Shown here piece after piece: positions 25,404-36,481 of a DNA stretch of 64,000 nt; position 1 is the stretch's first letter; each line of letters opens with the position of its first letter. Under the pieces are notes generated by a model. It was not told where the DNA came from, did not search any database, and saw nothing but the letters and a program-made list of their open reading frames with translations. Location of the stretch: assembly GCF_020745735.1 (NCBI RefSeq), contig NC_083414.1, positions 34,782,001-34,846,000 on the forward strand, in the 5' to 3' direction. The stretch is from Hemiscyllium ocellatum. Its lineage: Eukaryota. The position numbers and the translations under genes are program-made.

Positions 25404-26699
25404 TCAATGAATAAGAAAGGAAATAAGACACATTGTAGTATAATGGCCTGGATTTTAAATTCTGGGGCAAAACAATGGTGTTCATCATTGGCCTCAAAGA
25501 AAGCTGTGATGTGTATTGTACTTTCCTTGAAGCGAACTTAAATTTGGATAGGGGATTTCTGGTGTTCAGCAACAATTATGCTTTAGAGCAATTATGTAGC
25601 CAATTATTTTGAAGAATTGTTCTGGACATCAAATCTAGGGGCAACATTCACTTTATTATTTTCCAGGGATCAAAACAAAAATTGGGACACATACAAGGGA
25701 TTAAGAAAGAAGTTAAATAGTCTTAATGTTTATCTTTTACACATAAATTGAAAGCACATGGACTTTTATTATGCTGGAGAAACTGGTCATTCTAAAAATT
25801 GTTTTCAGGACTAGAATTTGTTCAGGATTAGTTATAACTTTGCGCACCAATAAAATTCCATTCCAACTGATTCAACAAGGAATTACGTATTTTTTCCAGG
25901 GTTTATTCAACATTAATTATATCTGTGAGGCTTTCAAAAGCATATATTATAGAGAACTTGGGCATTACTGATAGACTCTTTTGATCTTCTGTATTTAATC
26001 GTGCATGTGAGAATGCCCGAAATAGTAATCAGCTTTATTGTTGTAATGACAGTGATACTGGAAGTGTTATGTTTATTACAGTGTATAATCTAGGTCATTA
26101 AAAATAACTATTCTTGGGTCTTCGTAGAAGAGGAAACCTGTTCATATGTCTGTTAATCATCTACAACTGACAAATGCCTTTACTTGTTCACTTAAAATTA
26201 ATATAAAATAAAATTGCATCTAAAGACTTCCATTCTGTTACTTAAACATGAAATCATTTAAATGGAAATGATTCATCTTTCTTGTCAGGACACTGAAAGT
26301 TAATTTTGCTGAAACGTCCTTTCAATGCAGCACAGTGTGATCCTTTTTCAAGAAAATAAGAGATTTGGGTGGCTCTCTCTTTTCCATTTCTTTAATTCAG
26401 TTTTAGAAACTGCTCAAAAAAAGTCTTATTCTTCAAAACATTCCCTCCAAAACTGGTAAAAAAAATCAAGAAGAAAGAAGTAGAAGTTCTATTTCTATGC
26501 AAAATTATTAACACATTATAGGCGCTGGCATCCAGTTTGTAGTTTGAAGCTGTAGCCCTTCGTACTTTCAGTTTCCAACATTCCACTTATCACAACTGAA
26601 TAACCAACCAACAAATGTTGGGCTCATTTACAGCTAAAATGTCTACCAATTATATCAAAACATGGATTTAGAAATGAGAAACTGCCTCTGCGATCTTTG

Positions 26700-27495
26700 T
26701 GTTGAACCTCGGGAGATGGGAATGATATGAGATGAATAGTTGCATCAATCTTTACTGTGAAGAAAAAAATGGAGGCTAGAGAACTTGAAAATAAATATTG
26801 ATGTTGTTAAAAACAGTTCACCTTACAGAAGGTGTAGCGCTGGACATCTTAGAAAATATAGAGATGGATATCAGCACCTGATCAAGTGTATCCCAGGATA
26901 TTGTGGGAAGTTAGGGAGGAAATTGCAGGAACCCTAGCAGAAATATTTGTATAATCAATAAACACGGGTGAAGTACTGGAGTGTGGCTAATATTGTGCAA
27001 TTGTTTAAGAAAGGCTGTAAAGGAGAAGCCTGGAAACTATAGATATTGGTGGTGGGCAAGTCGTTGGAGGGAATTCTGAATGATATATGCATTTGGAAAG
27101 GTAAAGACTGATTAGGGATAGTCACAATAGTTTTGTCCAGTGAAAATTGCATCTTACAAACTTGATTGAGTTTTTTAATGAAGTTACCAAAAAGGTTGAT
27201 GAGGGCAGAACAGTAGATGTTGTTTACTTGAGCTTTAATAAATCCTTTGACAAGGTTTGCCATGGTGGACTAATGAGTAAAGTTAGATCACATAGGATTC
27301 AGGGTGAGCTTGCCAATTGGATACAAAATTGGCTTTAGGGTAGGAGAGATAGGGTGATGGTGGAGGATCGTTTTTGAACTGGAGGACTATGACCAGCCAT
27401 GTTCCACAGGAATCGCTACTGGGTCCACTTTTGTTTGCCATTTATATAAATGATTCAGATGAGAATATAGGAGGCATGGTTAGTAAGTTTGCAGG
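26700..27495 (+). mobile_element. CR1 RT fragment
   Basis: LTNLIEFFNEVTKKVDEGRTVDVVYLSFNKSFDKV...LGPLLFAIYIND...VSKFA. Confidence 0.88.
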
Positions 27496-27858
27496 TGTTG
27501 GTTTCTGTTCGTTCATATGTAAATCCCAGAATTATTTTAAAGTCACATGAAAATGTCACTTTTTAATGTCACTTGAGAATGTAACTTTAAGAAAGCTCTG
27601 GGATTTACATATGAAAGAATGAAAGAACTGAAACCAACATGTTCATGCTAAACGATGAGAGACTTAACAAACAATCCAGGTCTTTTTCAATATATAATTT
27701 TAGTTATATTACATTGTAAACTTTTGCTTTAAATTCTGGGTCTTATGATCTTATATTCCACAACCACCTGATATAGTAGCAGTGCTCCGAGAGCTAGTGC
27801 TTCCAAATAAACCTGTTGGTCTAGAACCTGGTGTTGTGTGATTTTTAACTTTGTACCC
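27496..27858 (+). mobile_element. PLE family B, longer terminal repeat with a 5' inversion
   Basis: About 27496-27557 is the reverse complement of about 27575-27640. Decayed hammerhead at about 27762-27800. Same 3' end as other family B copies. Confidence 0.75.
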
Positions 27859-28255
27859 TGAGGAAATTCTCAGCTCCAGGCCATCTCTACAGGTGACTGA
27901 CCTCCAGCAACCACTACAATCTTCCTATGTGTCAAGTATGACTCTAACCACCAGAGAGTTTGCCCCCGATACCCATAATTCCAGTTTTGCTAGGGCTCTT
28001 TGATGCCACGCTCAGTTGAATGCTGCCTTGATGTGAAGGGCTCATCACATCTCAGGAATTCAGCTCTTTTGTAAATGCTTGAATCAAGACTATAATAAAC
28101 CGGGCATCACTGAGCAGGTTATTGCTGAGCAAATGCTGCTTGATAGCATTGTTGAATACACCTTTCATCACTTTACTGATGATCAACTAATAGGTTGGAT
28201 TTGTCCTGCTTTTTATGTACAGGGCATACATGGGCAATTTTCAACATTGTGGGGA
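27856..28255 (-). mobile_element. Second-family CR1-clade fragment
   Basis: Reverse complement of the RT region seen at 14990-15350. Confidence 0.7.
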
Positions 28256-28439
28256 AGATGCAAATGGCAGGAATGCCTGTTGTTGCCGACTAATAGCAGT
28301 GTTTCCTCTTTTGATACTCTGGCACTATTACAGTATTGCTGTAGGTATGGGCTCATCGCCATCATTAGTACTTGCTGGTCACTTGCTGTCTTCTTGTTCC
28401 AAGTCTATTTGGCATCTTTATGACAGCAGGTCAGTTCCA

Positions 28440-28575
28440 GCTCACTTTCAATTTATGTATTTGTTTTTATTTTGGTTGTTTCCTGGCATATATTTCCTCT
28501 TAATGATAATCTTCCTGTTTTGTGCATGCACAATGTCAGAAGGTAATACATTTAGAAGCAGTTATGTAGAGTTAT
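28440..28575 (+). repeat. About 135-bp direct repeat, copy 1
   Basis: GCTCACTTTCAATTTA...AGAAGGTAATACATTTAGAAGCAGTTATGTAGA, repeated at 29392-29525. Confidence 0.85.
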
Positions 28576-29391
28576 GAGCTCATTATAATTATAGCACTCG
28601 ATAATCATTCAGCCATTTAACTTCCTTCAAATCTAAACTGCAGTTACCAGAGTTGATGTAATCAGGTCAAACAGAAAATTACCTGTATTGAATAAAATTA
28701 GCACAATCATCATGTTAGGTACTTGGAAGAATGGCTGAAGGATAATAATATGCAGAGCAATCAAAGAAATTATATGCAAAATAGTATCAAGATTATCTGT
28801 AAGGTATGATTCTCAATTTATAACATATATTGGATATGTTGGACTGAATCTTGCTTTTTGGGCCAAATGTCAGTTTCATTGAGTCATTTTGGAAGACTTC
28901 TCACTGTGAGGTCTACCAAGATCACTCATTGTATCTTAACTACCTCCCCTACCTAAATAGTGTCTTCCCCACCCAATTGTCCCTGGATAAACTTGCCACT
29001 CACTGGATATCTGCAAAAAACCCAGAATCCCTGTTACCTGCACCATTTTTAAAAGGTTGCTGTTCACCCAGATGAGCACTGGCACTCGGAAGTTGCCCTG
29101 TTCAGTGACAGACAATCAGAAGATGTCAGGGAAAGGTGAAAAAGTACCATGATCCTCTGCTAGGGGTCTGGAGATGTTGTTGAATGAAGTGGTGCAGAGG
29201 AAGGTTATCCTCTACTTGGAGGACAGGGAGTGGAAGCCACATCACTGGACTCTGGCAGCCTGGTCCACTTGGATCTAAATGGTCTTCCATGGTCCTTTGA
29301 AATGTCCGGCAGTGGCACAAGACTTTCTCCACTATGCCAAGGCAGTCTCGCATTTATCTTATCCCTGCTAATGCACTCACCTCCCACCAAG

Positions 29392-29525
29392 GCTCACTTT
29401 CAATTTACGTATTTGAGTTTATTTCTGCTGTTTCCTAATGTATATTTTCTCCTCTTGGTGATCTTTGTTTTATGCATGCACAATGCCAGAAGGTAATACA
29501 TTTAGAAGCAGTTATGTAGAATTAT
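29392..29525 (+). repeat. About 135-bp direct repeat, copy 2
   Basis: AT-rich copy embedded in C-rich Harbinger-like sequence. Confidence 0.85.
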
Positions 29526-30029
29526 TTACACTCTCACTATTGCCTACAACTTCCTCCCTCACTCACTCGTTCTCAATCACACCTCAAACCATCTCCATCA
29601 GTAAGCCTGAGTGCCCTTTGCACTCCCTCCTCACTCACCCACCTACCTGCAGCTCATTCAATCCCTCCTTTCTCTCACACCAGAAGAAGACAGTCTACAA
29701 ATAGAGCAAAAAAGATCTCAGATTGCTGTAGACGTGCCCAACATTAGGTCCCTACAAGAAGAGAATGCAGGCCCCCACAGGAGAAGACTAGGGACCAGTC
29801 CTGGTGATGCCAAAACATCATGTCCCACCAGCAGAATAGTTCCCACTCTTCAATACAATACCATATTAACTCCAAGTGTTTGAGTCTTAAATGTAATCAG
29901 ATATCCAGGACTGGAGAAATGGCCAGCTCCACCAGAAGTTACCTGCCTGTGCTCTGAGGTGACAGCACCAACATCACAGGTGAAGTATCAGCAAAGTTAT
30001 GTCTTTCAACCCTCCTACCAGCTCAGATA

Positions 30030-30859
30030 CTAATAGATGGGCCAATGGGCTGAGAAGTTGCAGATGGAGTTTAATTCTGATAAATGCAAGGTGCTGCATT
30101 TTGGGAAAGCAAATCTCAGCAGGACTTAATGGTAAGGTCCTAGGGAGTGTTGCTGAACAAAGAGACCTTGGAGTGCAGGTTCATAGCTCCTTGAAAGTGG
30201 AGTCGCAGGTAGAAAGGATAGTGAAGAAGGCGTTTGGTGTGCTTTCCTTTATTGAGTACAGGAGTTGGGAGGTCATGTTGCGGCTGTACAGGACATTGGT
30301 TAGGCCACTGCTGGAATATTGCGTGCAATTCTGGTCTCCTTCCTATCGGAAAGATGTTGTGAAACTTGAAAGGGTTCAGAAAAGATTTACAAGGATGTTG
30401 CCAGGGTTGGAGGACTTGAGCTATAGGGAGAGGCTGAACAGGCTGGGGATGTTTTCCCTGGAGTGTCGGAGGCAGCAGGCTGTCCTTATAGAGGTTTACA
30501 TAATTATGAGGGGCATGGATAGGATAAATACACAAAGTCTTTTCCCTGGGATTGGGGAGTTCAGAACTAGAGGGCATAGATTTAGGGTGAGAGGGGAAAG
30601 ATATAAAAGAGACCTATGGGGCAACTTTTTCACACAGAGGGTGGTACATGTATGGAATGAGCTGCCAGAGGATGTGGTGGAGGCTGGTACAATTGCAACA
30701 TTTAAGAAGCATTTTGATGGATATATGAATAGGAAGGGTTTGGAGGGATATGGACCGGGTGCTGGCAGGTGGGACTAGATTGGGTTAGGGTATCTGGTTG
30801 GCATGGACAGGTTGGACCGAAGGGTCTGTTTCCGTGCTGTACATCTCTATGACTCTATG
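30030..30859 (+). mobile_element. Young CR1/HER1 3' fragment
   Basis: ORF 29999-30778 encodes the CR1 ORF2 C-terminus. (CTCTATGA)n tail. Confidence 0.92.
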
Positions 30860-31878
30860 AACTTGGTGGGAACGTCAGGTTGAGGTAGCTTGGGAGCATC
30901 TCACTGTGATACCTCTGCGGCTGGCAGAAGAAGAAACATCCCAGTCCACTGGCACTTTGAGACAAGCCAGAGACCAGGCAGCTGCTCAGCCCCAGGCAAG
31001 AGAGAATCCTGTGGTGATGGCAATCAGGGACTTTGTCCACATGGGCAGCCAAGGTCAGGTACAGCAGGGAAACATGTGGGTTGCAGCAGCCTTTGTTACC
31101 TAATGAGTACAGAAGTGTAGCTATCTGTGGGGACTCAGCTGAACAGGATGGCGGTTGCCATGGAGAGCATGGTCTAACACCTTCAGAGTCTGCTGCAGAT
31201 TAGTCCTCAGGACTGAAGTGATGGTGACAGGAGCATGGGGGAACCTGGTATGTACCCCAGGTGCCCCTCCCTCACAAGGAGACGCAGTGCAAGGTGGCAA
31301 TTAGCCAGAGAAGGAATCATTCACAGGCCCTTCAGAATTCTCCACTCAGGACTGTCCACCTCCACCAAGCCTGCTGCTTCCAATCCTTGGAAGTCGAAGT
31401 TGAGTTTACCCAACTAACCTCCCTCCACACACGCAAAAGAACAGGCACCCTCCACACAAGCCAAAGAACCTGCGATTAAACTGTGATGCAGTGGGAGGCA
31501 AAGAAAAAGAAGCTTGTGGGCACTTTGGTGGCATGGGTGACAGAGCATTTTATATATAAAATATCACATTTGGATATATTTTACTGGGTTTCCTCTACGT
31601 TTACTTATTTGACTCTCTGTGAGTAGTCCTGAATATAAACGTGACAGCATGATGCCTGTCTGTCCATACAGGATGTACCATGAGGCTGTGTTCAGTGCCT
31701 TCTGGAGTTTGTGAAAGCAAGATGAACAAGGTGTATGTAGGGCCATAGGTTCTGGTGGCACTACTGTTAAACATCCCCATTCTTTCCAGGGCCTAGATGT
31801 ACAAAAATGTTGCTGCTGCATGGGATGATCACCAACAACTGGAAGATGGGCAAGGATGACAGACTCGTCAGGTCTGTG

Positions 31879-31879
<1 letters not shown>

Positions 31880-31917
<38 letters not shown>

Positions 31918-31937
31918 TGTACGCGCGTATGCGCGTA
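31880..31937. repeat. (TG)n microsatellite with a CG-containing alternating purine-pyrimidine extension
   Basis: About 17 GT units followed by ACGTGTACGCGCGTATGCGCGTA. Confidence 0.95.
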
Positions 31938-32684
31938 AGGATCTTGCCCTTTGAAAGGCCTCACATCAGTAGGTGTTGCTTCTTTAACCCTCACACACGA
32001 TGAGGCACTTACCCCACCCACTCTGAGTATGGTCAAGGCCGTTTTCTTTCACCTTATGTAGTTTCAATTTCCAGTAATGAAAGAAGGTGATAGCAAGTGT
32101 GATGTGGGCGACAGGTTCCAGCTTCTGCCAGTATGTGTGGGTGAGGCCTCAAACATCCAGATCTCCTCCCTGATAGCCCATACATGAACCCCACAGAATT
32201 TACACCTGCCCAGGTCTCCACCCATCAACATGAGCCTGCCTCTGATTGACAGGTGCCACCATGGACTTCAGTGACGACTACTCGCCTAAAACTCTGAGAG
32301 ATGGCTGCCTGCTTATTGTACATGCAGCTACTGGCACGTGGAGCAGGGAGTGATGCAGCACACTGCCATATAGCAAGACACCCACCCCTTAAACTGCAGA
32401 CAGCCAACCAGCAAGGCAAACTGCCTGGCCGTGTGACTGCACTAATAGGCCCAGTATGACAAGGCAAGGCATGGATCATATGAGGTTCCAGGTTGGTGTG
32501 AACTGAGTTAGTGCTAAGAGAGCAAACAAATAGCCCTGAACTGCAGCCTGGTTTAGACCCTGTGCTGGGTGCCTGTGCCGTGTGCAAAGTGTCCCTGCAG
32601 CAGTCTTTCAGCTGGAGTTGTTGGTGTACCCTGAAATGCCAACCTGTGCTTCCTAAGTGTTCTACAAGTGGTCCAAAAAGTGCC

Positions 32685-33357
32685 ATGAGAGTCATAGAGA
32701 TGTACAGCATGGAAACAGACCCTTCGGTCCAACCTGTCCATGCCGACCAGATATCCCAACCCAACCTGCCAGCACACGGTCCATATCCCTCCAAACCCTT
32801 CCTATTCATATACATATCAAAATGCTTCTTAAATGTTGCAATTGTACCAGCCTCCAACACATCCTCTGGCAGCTCATTCCATACATGTACCACCTTCTGC
32901 ATGAAAAAGTTGCCCCTTAGGTCTCTTTTATATCTTTCCCCTCTCACCTAAATCTATGCCCTCTAGTTTTGGACTCCCCCACCCCAGGGAAAAGACTTTG
33001 TGTATTTATCCTATCCTTGCCCCTCTTAATTTTGTAAATCTCTATAAGGTCACCCCTCAGCTTCCGATGCTCCAGGGAAAACAGCCCCGGCCTGTTCAGA
33101 CTCTCCCTGTAGCTCAGATCCTTCAACCCTGGCAACATCCTTGTAAATCTTTTCTGAACCCTTTCAAGTTTCACAACATCTTTCCGATAGGAAGGAGACC
33201 AGAATCGCAAGCAATATTCCAACAGTGGCCTAACCAATGTCCTGTACAGCTGCAACGTGACCTCCCAACTCCTGTACTCAATACTCTGGCCAATAAAGGA
33301 AAGCATACCAAACACCTTCTTCACTAACCTATCTACCTGTGACTCCACTTTCAAGGA
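32685..33357 (-). mobile_element. Young CR1/HER1 3' fragment, same subfamily as 30030-30859
   Basis: Minus ORFs 32944-33366 and 32225-32947 match the 29999-30778 protein. Confidence 0.92.
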
Positions 33358-34289
33358 GGGTGACAAGGGTTGACAAATATCCGATGCCTATGCCCATGAA
33401 TGTGGGTACGTGTGGCTGGTACCTGTCCTGTGTCCCCTTAGATGTCAGTGGCTGGTGTCCAACAGAGGTTCTTAGCAGCCAGCAGTGAGTGAGGTTGCCA
33501 GGTAACTGTCCTAATTTTCATGCCAAGAATTCTCAGTGCCTAGTTATCCTGTAGTAGAATGAGGAGAGATGTGCAGTTAATAAGGTAACTAACATGCAAT
33601 AATCCCCCACACTAACAACTTGCCATTGCCTAGTGACAATTTCATGTCAACACCTGAAACTTTGTTAAAATATACATTAAGTTGCCCTCGACATTGAGAT
33701 AGGCCTCTTTGGACTTCTCACATGATTCTGACACATTTCTCACTTGCGTCCACATCATTCAGTACCCTATAAGATTTTTCCCACTGTCATAAAAGCACTG
33801 CAGATGATTTTTGAAACTGGCCAATCTGATATGTTTCAAACCTTTTGTTGATTTTCATTAGAAAACCCTTGAGAAGGTACTGATGTATTACAATAATTGG
33901 GGAATTCGGGTCCAGATTATTCGAAGAAAGAAGGATTTGTTGATCATTTTGATCAGTTTTGACTCCACTCAGCAGACCGAAATTAACAACACTCCATCTT
34001 CACTGAAGCTACCAGATTTGGTCGGATAAGATGACAGAGTGCATCCAAAACTGAGTAAATGCTCTCCAACATCACACATTACTTCACTTTAATTGTACAA
34101 AATAGCAGTACAGAGGCAAAAGATTGTTAAAAGTACGATAGACTGATTGTTCCTCACTTGACTTTTGGGAAGAATCAACTTCTTTAGTTTAGTCAATTTA
34201 GCCTACTGCTTTTAGTCTAGTGGTCCTTCCAGTGACCTAGGCACAACTTCAACAATCTGTTTGAACTTTCCACTCATAAGTAAGCCTTA

Positions 34290-34484
34290 GTTAAAAATCA
34301 CACAACACTAGGTTATAGTCAAACAGGTTTATTTTAAGCACTAGCTTTTGGAGGGTTGCTCCTCCATTGGAAAGCTTCCAAAGCTAGTGCTTCCAAATAA
34401 ACCTGTTGGACTATAAACTGGTGTTGTGTGATTTTTAACTTGTGTAATTTGTCCACCCCAGTTCAACACCTGCACCTCCAAGTC
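34290..34484. mobile_element. PLE family B hairpin
   Basis: Inverted arms meet within truncated hammerheads. Tail on the right arm. Degenerate TSD CATAAGTAAGCCTTA / CATGAGTAGCCTTA. Confidence 0.75.
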
Positions 34485-36243
34485 ATGAGTAGCCTTAAAT
34501 ATATTAAGGAGGCAAACGGGTCAATAATCCAAAATAAATCCACCTGGAGTGGTAGTTACTGAGGTAGTTTAGAAAAATTCCAACAGTAACTTACTGAGCT
34601 GGGACAGGGGATCCTTTGTGGTACTGAAATCTTGTTTCTTTGAATGTCTTGTTTTCTCAACACAAAGGCAGATGCATACAGAACAAGAATACTCGAACTT
34701 AAGGCTGAATGCATTTAATGGTTTTTACCAACGAGCTTTCTTCCATTAAAAAATGACCATGAATTCTGTTTCTCTTCTGGGGCAACGCGTTCATTTCCCT
34801 GACAACCCCTGATATTCTCGATGATTTTACTGCTAAGATTTAGTACTTCAAGAGCTAACCATTGATGACAAATTTAAGGTTTATCTAGTTATTCTGGAAC
34901 AAAGCCATAGTCTGAGGGAACTCCTTTTCCCTTCAGCAGTGGCTGCCATATATGGCTTATGATATTTATCACTTTTTCCACAAGACCTCATACCCGGTTT
35001 GTGCAAAGTGAAGCTTCTGAACCCTGGAGGAAACAGGTTGACAGGAAACGTCCAACGCAACAAAGTCTACAAATTAAGCAAAGGCACAAGAATAGCTACT
35101 TGGGCGGGGGAAGCACCATACAGGAGGATGCTGGAAACATAATGGTCACAAAGCAAAGACAATGACACCAAAATATTATACCTTACTTAGAAAGTGTGTC
35201 TTAAATGCAGAAATGAACAGATGAGGTAACATGACTGTCAGCAGTTTGGACATGTCTATCCAACTTTAAAAAGAGATAACTGTTACAAGAAACTGCTGCC
35301 AGTCAAAGATGCAAAACAATGGGAAATGTTACAAAAAAGCATAGGAACAATTCTTGCCAATCTAGGCTTATGAAATTATATGATTTGGTTGCTGAGGCGA
35401 AAAAAAGTTCAACAAATAAAATGCAATTTTCTTTGCCATTAGTTTTCAGTAGCTATTTCCCATAACTTTAGTTAACGGAATACTACCTTTGCATTAAACA
35501 TTTGAAAGGGCTAAATGTTAGCAAATGAAATGGAGCAAATATTAGCTTTAACCTAGTGCTACACTGTTAGATACCAAATCTTTATGAAGAGATAGATGGG
35601 TATGAAACAAAATCCGCACCACAGCATTTTTACATAGTACAATATTCATTCCACATGAAGATACCAATGGTGTTTTTAAATGCTGGGAATGTAATGCAGA
35701 ACAAATAAGAAGCACAAATAATGAAACGTATTAAATTACTGGTCAAAACTATTTGTACATATCAAATCCTTTGCGTAATTTGAAGAAAGCTTTAAAAAAA
35801 AAGTACTTGGAGTTCAGATTTGGACAACAGTCATCATGCATGCATTCCTAAAATGGCAACTTTTAGGATATGCAGTGTGGCAGCATATTAGGATGCAATT
35901 TTTAAAATTCTGGGATTCAGGATTTAAATTGAACCCAAATTAAATAGACATAGAAGAATATGCATTTACAGCTGATTTGTATTGGAATTATCAATATAAA
36001 TCTCTCAGAGACTTCTCTTAAGCAAGTCATGTAATGACTAAATCATTAGAACATGTACATTAATTTGCAGAACAGAAGGTGGTCATGCAGCCCATCAAGT
36101 CTATACGGACTCTCTGTGCAATAATCCAGTATGAAGTCAGACTACCCAATAGAGGTAGTCCAAACTTTCAAGCAGGAAAGGTAAAGGAGAAGCATTGAAT
36201 GTAATATGTTTGGATTTTCAGAAGTCATTTGAGAAAGGACCAA

Positions 36244-36481
36244 CTGACTGTGTGGAGTTTGCACGTTCTCCCCGTGTCAGCGTGGGTTTCCTCCGGGTGC
36301 TCCGGTTTCCTCCCACAGTCCAAAGATGTGCGGGTCAGGTGAATTGGCCATGCTAAATTGCCCGTAGTGTTAGGTAAGGGGTAAATGTAGGGGTATGGGT
36401 GGGTTTCGCTTCGGCGGGTCGGTGTGGACTTGTTGGGCCGAAGGGCCTGTTTCCACACTGTAAGTCTAATCTAATCTAATC
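36244..36481 (+). mobile_element. Young 5'-truncated HE1-type SINE inside an old CR1 remnant (about 36180-36810)
   Basis: V-domain-like core, LINE-derived GGGCCGAAGGGCCTGTTTCC end and a (CTAAT)n tail. Confidence 0.9.

Larger units (their letters stand above)
28841..33782 (+). mobile_element. Decayed PIF/Harbinger-like DNA transposon (Myb/SANT-like accessory ORF remnant)
   Basis: From 29123: MSGKGEKVP*SSARGLEMLLNEVVQRKVILY, resembling the Myb/SANT-like PRFS..LE.L...V..R..L motif. Candidate TIR remnants GGACTGAATCTT / AAGATTTTTCCC. Boundaries approximate. Confidence 0.5.
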
